Assembly: GCA_963714015.1 (NCBI GenBank)
Contig: OY970223.1
Coordinates: 2,496,001-2,560,000, forward strand
DNA length: 64,000 bases
Origin: Vulcanimicrobiota bacterium
GTDB lineage: Bacteria; Vulcanimicrobiota; Vulcanimicrobiia; Vulcanimicrobiales; Vulcanimicrobiaceae
Reading direction: 5' to 3'
The notes beneath the pieces are model-generated. The model was given only the letters and a program-made list of their open reading frames with translations, did no database searches and was not told where the DNA came from. The position numbers were made by a program, and so were the translations under genes. Shown one piece after another: positions 52,469 to 62,385 of this stretch; the first letter of the stretch is position 1, and each line of letters begins with the position of its first letter.

Positions 52469-53317
52469 GTGTCCAAAGCGCAAGATCGCCTCGCCGTCCG
52501 CAAGATGTACAAATTGTACGTCAACGGTGCGTTCGTGCGATCGGAATCCGGCCGAAGCGATCCGATCTGGGACGGCAAAGAATTCGGCGCGAACGTCGCG
52601 CGCGGTTCGCGTAAAGACGTACGCGACGCGGTCGTAGCAGCGCGCGCCGCACAATCCAAATGGTGGAGTCTGGCGCCCGGGAATCGCGGGCTAATTCTCT
52701 ATCGGCTGGCGGAGATGATGGAAGCGCGTCGCGCGGAGCTCGTCGAGCACACCGGCGACGAGGCGGAAGTCGGCGCGGCGATCGATCGAACGCTTTGGTA
52801 TGCCGGTTGGTGCGACAAATATAACGCGCTGCTCTCGTCACGCAATCCGGTCGGCGGACCGCACTTCAACTTTTCCACCGCGGAACCCATGGGCGTCGTC
52901 GGCATTCTTGCGCCCGACGAGCCGGCGCTGCTGGGACTGGTTTCCGTTCTGCTGCCGCCAATCGTCGCCGGTAACGCGGTCGTGCTGGTACCCTCGGAGA
53001 AGGATCCGCGTACCGGGATAGTTTTTGCCGAAGCGCTTGCAACGAGCGACATGCCGGCGGGCGTTGCCAACGTCATTAGCGGTTATCGCAACGAACTGGG
53101 GCCGGTGCTCGCGCGGCACATGGACGTGAATGCAATCGCCTTCATCGACGGCGATGCCAACGCGGAACTGCAATCATTCGCCGCCGACAACGTCAAGCGC
53201 ACGCGCGTTTTGCCGCGGCGTTCGCGCCGGGAGTATTTCGCGGACAACGCTCAAAGTCTGGACGAGATCGCCGCGTACAGCGAGATCAAGACGATTTGGC
53301 ATCCGGCGGGTATTTGA
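52469..53317 (+). CDS. Short aldehyde-dehydrogenase-family protein lacking the catalytic domain
   Basis: KMYKLYVNGAF.RSESGR, WYAGW.DK, EPMGVVG, ends EIKTIWHP. No ELGGK or catalytic Cys. Confidence 0.85.
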   Translation: MSKAQDRLAVRKMYKLYVNGAFVRSESGRSDPIWDGKEFGANVARGSRKDVRDAVVAARAAQSKWWSLAPGNRGLILYRLAEMMEARRAELVEHTGDEAEVGAAIDRTLWYAGWCDKYNALLSSRNPVGGPHFNFSTAEPMGVVGILAPDEPALLGLVSVLLPPIVAGNAVVLVPSEKDPRTGIVFAEALATSDMPAGVANVISGYRNELGPVLARHMDVNAIAFIDGDANAELQSFAADNVKRTRVLPRRSRREYFADNAQSLDEIAAYSEIKTIWHPAGI

Positions 53318-53517
53318 ACGAAGAGCTCGTTCGTTGCGAGATCGCGCGCTACTGCCCGTTCTGATGGAACGCCATGGGCTCTCGGCAGCCGGACCAGACC
53401 TCGAGACCCCTTTCAATTTGACCGATTTGGCGGAGGAGGCGGCCCGAATTGCATATTTTGGTAAAGTCGTGATTTCAGGGTAGGGCAGACAGGGGGGCGG
53501 CGACTAAAGGGCTCGCG

Positions 53518-54342
53518 GTGAGCTATCGCCTCGTGCCGATGCATCAACGCCTGGCAAATGCGTTGAACTACGGAGAGTTCAAGGTTTTCTATCAGCCCGT
53601 GGTATCGATCCGCGACGGAGAGATCTTGGGACTCGAAGCCTTGTGTCGCTGGCCGCAACGCGATCAAACTTACGCGGTGCCCGAGACGTTCATCGCGCAA
53701 GCCGAGAGTTCGGGCTTCATCATTCAACTCGGCGACTGGGTAATGCGCACAGCGGCCGAACAGGTCTCGCGCTGGCAGAAACTCTTCAAACGCCGCATCC
53801 GCTTGGCGGTCAATCTCTCCGCCAGGCAATTCCACCACTACAACTTGGTGCGGCAAGTCGAGGATACGCTCAAAAGCACCGGTTTGAGTGCCGTCGATTT
53901 GGAGTTCGAGATCACCGAAACGATCGCGATGCACAACGCCGAAGAGAGCGTCGGCGTTATGCGGCAGCTCAAGGCGCTCGGCATCGGTCTCTCACTCGAC
54001 GACTTCGGCACCGGTTACTCCTCGCTCAGCTATCTGAAGCGCTTTCCGATCGACGTTTTGAAGATCGACAAGTCGTTCGTGCGGGACATCCCTGAGGATG
54101 CCAACGATCTCGCCATCGTTTCCGCAATCATCGCGATGGCGCACGCGCTCGGATTGAAAGTGATCGCGGAAGGCGTCGAAACCGCGCCGCAATGGCATTT
54201 TCTGCGCGACTGCGGCACGCAAATGGGTCAGGGCTATTTCTTCGCTCGCCCGCTCCCCGCGCCGGAGGTCGAAACACTCCTGGCCCGCGGCACATCCTTG
54301 CCGGCCGACGCCGCTCCAGGCATTTCCTCAGTGTCCGCCTAA
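53518..54342 (+). CDS. Stand-alone EAL c-di-GMP phosphodiesterase
   Basis: YQP, LEALCRW, EITE, DDFGTGYSSL, KIDKSF, EGVE, QGY. Confidence 0.93.
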   Translation: MSYRLVPMHQRLANALNYGEFKVFYQPVVSIRDGEILGLEALCRWPQRDQTYAVPETFIAQAESSGFIIQLGDWVMRTAAEQVSRWQKLFKRRIRLAVNLSARQFHHYNLVRQVEDTLKSTGLSAVDLEFEITETIAMHNAEESVGVMRQLKALGIGLSLDDFGTGYSSLSYLKRFPIDVLKIDKSFVRDIPEDANDLAIVSAIIAMAHALGLKVIAEGVETAPQWHFLRDCGTQMGQGYFFARPLPAPEVETLLARGTSLPADAAPGISSVSA

Positions 54343-54375
54343 TCGTCGCCCCTGACCGGACCCCGGGTTCCTTGC

Positions 54376-54463
54376 GGAGAGGTGGCAGAGTGGTCGAATG
54401 CACTCGCTTGGAAAGCGAGCAGAGGTGTTGAGCCTCTCGGGAGTTCGAATCTCCCCCTCTCCG
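54376..54463 (+). tRNA. tRNA-Ser(GGA)
   Basis: GGAGAGG/CCTCTCC acceptor stem, ctcgc-ttGGAaa-gcgag, long variable arm, GTTCGAATC. Confidence 0.96.
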
Positions 54464-54745
54464 AATGAACGCGTGGACAAGGCGAGAACTCCCGAGAGGC
54501 TCAACAAGGCTTTAAACGTCGCTGATGCCGGCTGCGAAGCAGACGACATCAGCCTCTCGGGAGTTCGAATCTCCCCCTCTCCGAATGAACGAAAGACCGG
54601 CCCTCTATGGCCGGTCTTTCGTTAATCACGCGTGGACAAAGCGAGAACTCCCGAGAGGCTCAACAAGGCTTTAAACGTCGCTGATGCCGGCTGCGAAGCA
54701 GACGACATCAGCCTCTCGGGACTTCGAATCTCCCCCTTCCGAATG
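54431..54745 (+). repeat. tRNA-Ser-derived tandem repeat with sense and antisense tRNA fragments
   Basis: 41 bp at 54431-54471 identical to 54551-54591, degenerate third copy 54710-54745. Antisense 21-mers at 54486-54506 and 54645-54665. Confidence 0.92.
54588..54623. terminator. Perfect 15-bp hairpin between repeat units (terminator-like)
   Basis: aacgaaagaccggcc-ctctat-ggccggtctttcgtt. Confidence 0.65.
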
Positions 54746-54891
54746 TTGCCGCATTATGGCGAGCAGCACATGCCCAAACCGGTTGTTCACCTGCTCGACC
54801 ACCAATCTGACGCCTCGCCGGGAACGTCTTTGCCGCGTTACGCGTTTAGTAGCAATAGATAGCATGTACGCCGGACGCTCGGCAGGTCGGA

Positions 54892-55662
54892 ATGGCGAAA
54901 ATACTCATACAGACGACGCTTACCACAGCGGATAAAGACGCGCGGGCGAATCAGTTCAAACAATTGGTTCGAGTATTGGAATGCGAAGGCCATGAAGTGA
55001 TCGCGCGCGATCGCGATCCCCAGCCCGACGGCAGCGATCCGGTGATCTCGGCGCTTGCCGAATCCGATTTCGACGAACTCTGGCTGATTGCGGCAGATCG
55101 CGCAAACGGTCTGTCCCCGAAAGACGTTCGCGGAATTCTGCGTTTTCGCGAACGTGGCGGCGGCGTGCTGACCGCCCGCGATCACGAGAACATCGGTACC
55201 TCGCTGCTGAATTTAGGTATGCTGGGCGCCGTAAACCACTTTCACGCCTACAACCGCGAGCGCGGCCGCCGTCCGGTGCGTCATTCAGGATATCGCGGAG
55301 AGTATCAGCGCATCGTCCCGCTCGAACCGGTGCATGAAGTGCTGCGCAGCGCAAACTCGCCGACCGGCATCATCGAGTATTTTCCGGCCTATCCGAATGA
55401 AGGTGCGATTTCGGTTCCACGTCACGCGCCGTACGCGCGCGCCATTGCGGCTTCTTCCGGGTCCGGTGACGGAAAAACGTTCAACGTCGCCATCACGATC
55501 GAAAATGAACCGATCGACGGCGGACAGAGGTGCGGCCGCGCGATTGCCGTTTCGAGCCTGCACTACTTGACTGATGCCGACTGGTCATCGGCCAAGGACC
55601 GCAATCGCTTAGAGATCTACAAAGACTACGTGCGCAACATCGCGCGCTGGCTCGCGCCGTAG
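54892..55662 (+). CDS. Conserved hypothetical protein (possibly class I glutamine-amidotransferase-like fold)
   Basis: ILIQTT, FDELWL, GGGVLTARDH, GRAIA.SSLH. The fold call is inference. Confidence 0.7.
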   Translation: MAKILIQTTLTTADKDARANQFKQLVRVLECEGHEVIARDRDPQPDGSDPVISALAESDFDELWLIAADRANGLSPKDVRGILRFRERGGGVLTARDHENIGTSLLNLGMLGAVNHFHAYNRERGRRPVRHSGYRGEYQRIVPLEPVHEVLRSANSPTGIIEYFPAYPNEGAISVPRHAPYARAIAASSGSGDGKTFNVAITIENEPIDGGQRCGRAIAVSSLHYLTDADWSSAKDRNRLEIYKDYVRNIARWLAP

Positions 55663-55663
55663 T

Positions 55664-56410
55664 CTACGACTCGGAAAATTCCTCGACTGCCGCCTGCGCA
55701 TGAGCGAGCCAAAAGTCGAATGACGCGCGCGCTTGCGCTTCCAGCATCAAATCGCCTTTGACGATCTCGCGATGAATCTGATGGTGCAGCGTCGAGCGTT
55801 CCCCGTAGTTCGTGTCCATCACGATGTCCGCGGCCAAAACCCCCGCGGCCACGTCATCGGGTAACTTGAGGTTGGGCGGCAACGTCGAGATCACGATCTC
55901 CGGCGCGGTCACCGGCCAGGGTTTGGCTTCATAACGCTCGCAGATCCGGGCGACCTTTTGCGCGTCCCGGCCCCAAACGAACGTGTAGGCATCCGTAACC
56001 CGCAAATGTGAGAGGATTGCGCGCGCCGTCGGGCCGGTGCCGAGCACCGCGACGCGTTCGAGCGCGACCGGCTGTCCGAGCAACGCCTCCAATGCACTTG
56101 CGGCGCCGATGCCGTCCGTGTTCGTTCCGAGAACCGTTCGCCCGAAGAAAATCGTATTGACCGCCTGCGCCAGTTCCGCTTCTTCATCGAGCTCGTCGCA
56201 GGCTGCGAGCACTTCTTCTTTCAGCGGCGTGGTAACGTTGATTCCGGTATAGTCGTCCATTCGCATACGGCGCACGACGTCGAGGCCGTTTCCACGCGGT
56301 ACGCGAATCGCGACATAGCTTCCGTCGATGCCGGCTTCTTCCAGAAAATGACGGTGAAGCCGCGGGCTGCGGCTGTGCGCGACCGGGTCGCCGATGACGG
56401 CGAGCTTCAT
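55664..56410 (-). CDS. aroE: Shikimate dehydrogenase
   Basis: IGDPVAHSRSP, NVTTPLKE, AVNT, NTDGIG, LGTGPTAR. ATG 56410 overlaps the yqeG stop. Confidence 0.94.
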   Translation of the reverse strand: MKLAVIGDPVAHSRSPRLHRHFLEEAGIDGSYVAIRVPRGNGLDVVRRMRMDDYTGINVTTPLKEEVLAACDELDEEAELAQAVNTIFFGRTVLGTNTDGIGAASALEALLGQPVALERVAVLGTGPTARAILSHLRVTDAYTFVWGRDAQKVARICERYEAKPWPVTAPEIVISTLPPNLKLPDDVAAGVLAADIVMDTNYGERSTLHHQIHREIVKGDLMLEAQARASFDFWLAHAQAAVEEFSES

Positions 56411-56895
56411 CGCCGGCGCCGTTCCGGCAGCATCACGCGTTCGAAGAACCGGAACATCATGGTTATCGGAAAATCCTTGCTTTCGATCGGCTCGGTAAGT
56501 ATCGTGTACAACCCGCCGCAAAGTTTTGCGCCCAGAACGTCCGTGAAGAGCTGATCGCCCACAACCGCTACCTGCTTTCGCCGCATCTGCAAATGGTGAA
56601 GCGCCCGTAAAAAGCCGAACGGCAGCGGTTTGAGCGCATTGGGAATGCACTCGATTCTCAATTGCCGCGCAATACCGCGCACCCGCTCGCTGAAATTATT
56701 GGAGACCATCACCATTGAGAAGCCTCGCTCGTGGGCCTCTTCTACCCAAGCCAGATGCTCGGCAGCCAGTTCGGTCTCCCGGAAACCCAGCAGCGTGTTG
56801 TCCAGATCGATGATCAGCCCGCGAATTCCCAGGGCCTCGAGCTCGGCCAATGAGATGTCATGCAGGCGCGGCGCAAATCGGTCGGGTCCAAGCAT
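56407..56895 (-). CDS. yqeG: YqeG-family HAD IIIA phosphatase
   Basis: DLDNTL, VSNN, KP, VGDQLFTDVLG; upstream of aroE. Confidence 0.92.
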   Translation of the reverse strand: MLGPDRFAPRLHDISLAELEALGIRGLIIDLDNTLLGFRETELAAEHLAWVEEAHERGFSMVMVSNNFSERVRGIARQLRIECIPNALKPLPFGFLRALHHLQMRRKQVAVVGDQLFTDVLGAKLCGGLYTILTEPIESKDFPITMMFRFFERVMLPERRRR

Positions 56896-57038
56896 TCAAG
56901 TAGCGTTTGCGGGAACTTCTCCCCACTATCCTCGGAAGTTTCCACAACGAGCCCACCCAGCTGACACGCTATCCACCCTTTATTTTTAACCGCCCACAAC
57001 TAATTGCGCATTCTGGACAGCTTCCTCACAAGGACCGA

Positions 57039-57086
57039 GGCCCCATATCTTGTATGTCGGATATTCCAGTAGTACAATTTATGGGC
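57039..57086 (+). promoter_or_regulatory. Tandem NrdR boxes
   Basis: ggccccatatcttgta and agtacaatttatgggc, 32 bp apart start to start, upstream of the ribonucleotide reductase. Confidence 0.7.
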
Positions 57087-57180
57087 ATCCCCAGCGGAGC
57101 CCCGGGTACTATCGAACAGGTGTTCGATGCATCGCTCTAGAAGTGAACGGGTCCTCCACCCATCGGAGGAAGGAGCCTCA

Positions 57181-60100
57181 ATGAAATTCCGCCGCACCTA
57201 CTCTGCTCCCGGCGATCCCTACGCCGGCCTCACGTTCGAACCCCGCACGTCGCGCATCGTCAACCCGGACGGATCGGTAATTTTTGAGGCCAAAGACGTG
57301 ATGGTCCCGGCCGGCTGGAGTCAAGTCGCCGTGGACGTCCTCGCGCAAAAATACTGCCGTAAAGCAGGCGTGCCCAAGGCGCTCAACCGGGTGCCCGAAG
57401 ACGGCGTGCCGGAGTGGCTGTGGCGCTGCGAACCTGCAAACTCCGAATTCGGCGCAGAGCGCGATGCGCGCCAGGTTTTCAATCGCATGGCGGGCTGCTG
57501 GACGTATTGGGGATTCAAAAACGGATATTTCGACACCGAAGAAGATGCGCGCGTCTACCACGACGAGATGTGTGCGATGCTGGCGCGCCAGATCGGCGCA
57601 CCGAATTCGCCTCAATGGTTTAACAGCGGTTTGCATTGGGCGTACGGCATCGCCGGTCCGTCTCAGGGTCACTATTACGTAGATCCGAAGACCGGCGAAT
57701 GCAAAGCTTCGACCAGCACCTACGAGCATCCGCAGGTAAGCGCGTGTTACATCCTTTCGATTGAAGACGATCTCGTGAACGAGGGCGGAATCTTCGACGG
57801 AGTCATTCGCGAGGCGCGCATCTTTAAAGGCGGCTCCGGCAGCGGCGCCAACTTCTCGAAGATTCGCAGCGCCGGCGAGAAACTCAGCGGCGGCGGGACG
57901 AGTTCCGGCCTCATGTCGTTCCTGAAAGTTTTCGATCGCGCCGCCGGCGCCATCAAATCCGGCGGCACTACGCGACGCGCCGCCAAGATGGTCGTGCTCA
58001 ACGCCGATCATCCGGACATCGAAGAGTTCGTCAACTGGAAAGTACGCGAAGAGCGCAAGGTGGCCGACCTCGTCATCGGCTCGAAGATTTTCGAGAAACA
58101 AGTTAACGCAATTATTCGCGCCGCGCACGACACGCGCGTGCCCGAGCAAGCGCGTCTGGACGCGGAGTTGAATCCACACTTGCGCGATGCGATGCGCAAA
58201 GCGCTCGTCACGGGCGTGCCCTCCGGCGCAATTCAAAGTGCGCTGGACTACGCGCGTCAAGGATACACGTCACTGGAGATAGAGCAGTACGACACCGGCT
58301 GGGATTCCGAAGCTTACGCGACCGTAGCGGGTCAGAATTCGAACAACTCCGTGCGCCTGACGAACGCGTTTTTCGACGCCATCGGCAGCGACGCGGATTG
58401 GGATCTCACGTCCCGCACGACCGGCCGCGTCGTCAAGAAAATCAAAGCACGAGACCTTTGGGATCAGATCGGCGTCGCCGCCTGGCAATGCGCCGATCCC
58501 GGCCTGCAATTCGACGATACGCTGCAAGAATGGCACACGTGCTCGAACGACGATCGCATCAACGCGACAAATCCCTGTAGCGAATACTGCTTCATCGACG
58601 ATACGGCATGCAATCTCGCATCGCTGAATCTCGTGAAGTTCCTCGAGGACGACGGCGTTTTCAATGCGAAGCGCTTCGCGGAAGCATCGCGGTTTTGGAC
58701 GACGACTCTCGAGATTTCCGTCACCATGGGGCAGATGCCGTCCAAAGCGATTGCGCAAAAGAATCATAAGTACCGGACGTTGGGCCTGGGTTACGCGAAC
58801 CTGGGAACGCTGTTAATGCGTTTGGGTCTGCCGTACGATTCGGAGGAAGCCTTCGGCTGGTGCGCGGCCATCTCGGCGCTCATGACCGGCACTGCGTATC
58901 GCACCTCCGCGGAAATGGCGCAGCAAATCGGGCCGTTCGCTCGTTTCGAGCAAAATGCGTCTTCTATGCTTCGCGTCATTCGCAACCATCGCCGTGCCGC
59001 GTACGACGCCGCCTCGGATGAGTACGAAGCCCTCACGGTCAAACCCGTAACACACGCTCCTTCACTTTTCACGCAAGAAGTTTGGTCCATGGCGCGCAAA
59101 ATGTGGGACGAAGCGCTTGCTATGGGCGAGGTCAGTGGTTATCGCAATGCCCAAACGGTCGTGATCGCTCCGACTGGAACCATAGCTTTGGAAATGGACT
59201 GCGACACAACGGGCATCGAACCTGACTTCGCTCTCGTCAAGTTCAAGAAGCTCGCCGGCGGCGGTTATTTCAAGATCGTCAATCAGTCCGTCGAATCCGC
59301 GCTACGGCGCCTCGGTTACAGTGAGCATCAGATCGAGGAAATCGAGACCTTCGCAAAAGGTACGGGTTGCCTGGAGGGAGCACCCCACGTCAACACGGCG
59401 ACGCTGAAAGCGAAAGGCTTTGACAATGAAGCCATCGCGCGCATCGAAGCGGCGTTACCCGGCGCCTTCGAGCTACCGTTTGCGTTCAACAAATACGTGC
59501 TCGGCGAGGGCTTCTGCAAAGAACACCTCGGCTTAACCGACGATCAGCTCGGCGACTGGAACTTCTCGATCTTGCGCGACGGCCTAGGCTTCTCGCAACA
59601 GCAAATCGAGGAAGCATCAGATGTCATCTGCGGTCGCATGACGCTCGAAGGCGCGCCGTATCTGAAGGATGAGCATCTGCCGGTCTTCGACTGCGCGACG
59701 GCCTGCGGTAAGCACGGTTCGCGCTACATTCGGCCGCTTGCGCACGTAGACATGATGGCCGCGGCTCAGCCCTTCGTCAGTGGCGCAATTTCCAAGACGA
59801 TCAATCTGCCGCAGCATGCGACAATCATGGACGTCAAGGAAGCCTACCGCTACGCCTGGGAACGGATGATCAAAGCCGTCGCGCTGTATCGCGACGGGTC
59901 CAAACTCTCGCAGCCGCTCGCGGCAACGTACGATTTGGGCGGCGACGTTCAGGAAGAGGAGCCCGTTCAGACGCCGTACCAGACGCCGATGCAAGTCGCG
60001 GAGCGGATCATCTACCGCTACATCGCCAAACGCCGGCGTCTGCCGGAGCGCCGCAGCGGATATACGCAGAAGGCGATCATCGGCGGACACAAAGTCTACC

Positions 60101-60769
60101 TACGGACGGGAGAATACGACGGCGGCCAAATCGGCGAGATTTTCATCGACATGCACAAGGAAGGTGCGGCGTTCCGATCGCTAATGAACAATTTCGCGAT
60201 TGCCGTCTCGCTCGGGTTGCAGCACGGTGTTCCGCTCGAGGAGTTCGTCGAAGCGTTCACCTTCACGCGGTTTGAGCCGAACGGTCCGGTCGTCGGTCAC
60301 GATCACATCAAGATGGCGACGTCGATCCTCGACTACATCTTCCGTGAACTCGCGGTGAGCTATCTCGGCCGCTACGATCTGGCGCACGTTCAGCCGAGCA
60401 TGGAGATGGACGCGATGGGCCCCGGCGAGGAAGAGTTCGTCTCCGAAGAAACCGGCGAAGTCCATTACATCCCGGCCGGCATTCGCGAGAAGCTGCATCC
60501 CACCAGCACGCACTTGCACCCGGGCGCGCAAGTGCAGAATTCGGCCGTCGCTCCCGCCGTCGAGGAACGCCGGCAAGAACGGCGCGATCCTGCACCGGCG
60601 TCAGCCGCCACGGGCGTCGCTACTGCTCCCCGATCGGAGCAAATCACGGCCTCTCGCGCCAAGGGTTACACCGGAAACGCGTGCAGCGAGTGCGGACAAT
60701 TGACCATGGTTCGCAACGGCGCTTGCGAGAAGTGCGACAGACTGCGGAGCCACATCGGGGTGTAGTTGA
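57181..60769 (+). CDS. nrdJ: Vitamin B12-dependent (class II) ribonucleotide reductase (+1 indel ~60741)
   Basis: [30 protein letters not shown]-like domain. The C-terminal zinc ribbon reads [14 protein letters not shown] after removing one base. SD AAGGAG before ATG 57181. Confidence 0.96.
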
Positions 60770-60944
60770 AAAGGTCCGGTATTTCATCTAATGTTACAAT
60801 TCGGCTCGCGGGAGTGGTGCTCGTGAGCCGCTGAAAACAAAGGGCGATCGACGAATGTCGGTTACCCTTTGGCGTTCAGCCTAAAGGTTTTCCCGGATTT
60901 GCGTAACGCAAGGAGTTACGTTCGTAGCGTTTAACGTTACGCCC

Positions 60945-62043
60945 ATGGATGGAGCATTATCGCTACCTGCCGGTGCCCGCGTCGTGCTGCCTGCCGATGT
61001 CGCCTTCCTCGACCCCGAAGAGCATATCTTCGCCGCGATGCTGGAGGGATGGAGACGACAACAGCAGAGTCGAGCCCTTCGAAAGGACACGATAACGGGG
61101 CGCCTCAAAGTGATCGCGAGATTTCACGCATTCACGGATCGATATCGGTGGCAGTGGACTGCGCAGGACGCCGTTGATTTTGGCGCGGATCTCTCGGGCA
61201 GAGTCGCTCTAAGCACGCTGCGGCAATATCAATGCGCGGGCCGACTTTTTTCCGATTATATTACTGATCCGCGCTATGAGTGGGTCGAAGAGTGTACGCG
61301 GCGCTTTGGGGCAGCGCCGATCCAGATCTGGGACGAATGGAACACGGCAGCCCATACAAGTGAATTCGAAGGTCTCCCTGCCCGCCGCCCGTTGACCTTT
61401 GAGGAAATCCAACACCTCTTCGATTACGCGGATTCTCGTTTTGCGAAGATTCGAGCTGACCGAAAAAGGGATCCCTGTCAGCGTTCCGAGACGCAGTCAT
61501 GTTCAAAGTTGCGTATGCTTATGGGCTGCGCCGACGCGAGGCGTGCCGACTGGATTTGGCAGACTTTCGAGCCAATCCGACAATGAAACGCTTCGGCCGC
61601 TTCGGCGCTCTGCACGTGCGCTATGGCAAAGGCGTAAAAGGAAGCCCTCCGCGCCGACGAGTTGTCCTTACGGTGCCGCAATTCGGCTGGATCGTCGACG
61701 TCATCGAGCAATATTTGCATGAGATTAGACCGCAGCTTGATCCCGGTGGCCATCCCGGCCTTTTCGTCAGCGAGCGTCGCGGCTATGTGACTCCGAAGCG
61801 CCTTGGAGAACGTTTTACGCAGCTTATCAAGGCTGCGAAACTGAGCGACGAACTTGAACTACATTGCTTGAGACATAGTGCTATTCTACGCATCTGGCGG
61901 AATATGGTTACGATCCGCTGTTCATACAGCACCAGCTCGGCCACACCTACGCCTCGACAACATCAATCTATACGCATGTTAGCAGCGATTTCAAGAATCG
62001 GCAAATCGTCAAAGCTCTCGAACGTCTCTACAAGAACAACTGA
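60945..62043 (+). CDS. Tyrosine recombinase/integrase (frameshifts ~61466 and ~61880)
   Basis: Reconstructed catalytic set: YGLRRRE (R), YGKG (K), HCLRHS (HxxR), QLGH (H), TSIYTHV (Y). Stop TGA 62041-62043. Confidence 0.88.
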
Positions 62044-62049
62044 GCACCT

Positions 62050-62379
62050 ATGACTAAGAAAATGTCGGCTAACTGGAAACTACGGGACCGCCTGGAAGAA
62101 CGCTGCATTCATTCAACGGCGGATCTTGTTCCGCTGCTAGCGGAGCGCGGCATACACCTGTCTCGTATGCAAGTCTACCGTTTGGCGGCCCAGGAGCCGC
62201 AACGCATATCACTAGATGTCCTTGCAGCTCTTTGCGATGTTCTCGAGTGTACGCCCAACGATCTAATCTCCATTTCCGTCTCCAAGAAGCAACAGCGTAA
62301 GGCCGTCGGCGAAACTCGAGCGGTGCCAGGAAACATTCGGCCGATACGCGCTAACATCCGTAAGCCGCACGACGACTAA
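62050..62379 (+). CDS. Cro/C1-type (XRE-like) HTH protein
   Basis: WKLRDRL..STADLVPLLAERGI.LSRMQVYRL..P.RISLDVLAALCDVLECTPNDLI. Confidence 0.88.
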   Translation: MTKKMSANWKLRDRLEERCIHSTADLVPLLAERGIHLSRMQVYRLAAQEPQRISLDVLAALCDVLECTPNDLISISVSKKQQRKAVGETRAVPGNIRPIRANIRKPHDD

Positions 62380-62385
62380 AAGCCC

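Noticed and set aside
54431..54745. CRISPR array
   Set aside because: The intervening sequences are near-identical rather than unique spacers, the repeat is tRNA sequence, and there are no cas genes in the window
56896..57180. Cobalamin riboswitch upstream of nrdJ
   Set aside because: No recognisable B12-box or conserved riboswitch core in the leader; NrdR boxes are present instead
57181..60769. Intein or intron in nrdJ
   Set aside because: Active-site motifs are contiguous and no splice-junction or homing endonuclease motifs are visible
60775..60802. dif / XerCD site
   Set aside because: Only partial similarity to the XerD arm (taatgttac), with no recognisable XerC arm at the right spacing
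61461..61471. Programmed -1 frameshift in the integrase at AAAAAGGG
   Set aside because: No correctly phased X XXY YYZ heptamer, a second break occurs at ~61880, and homopolymer error is simpler
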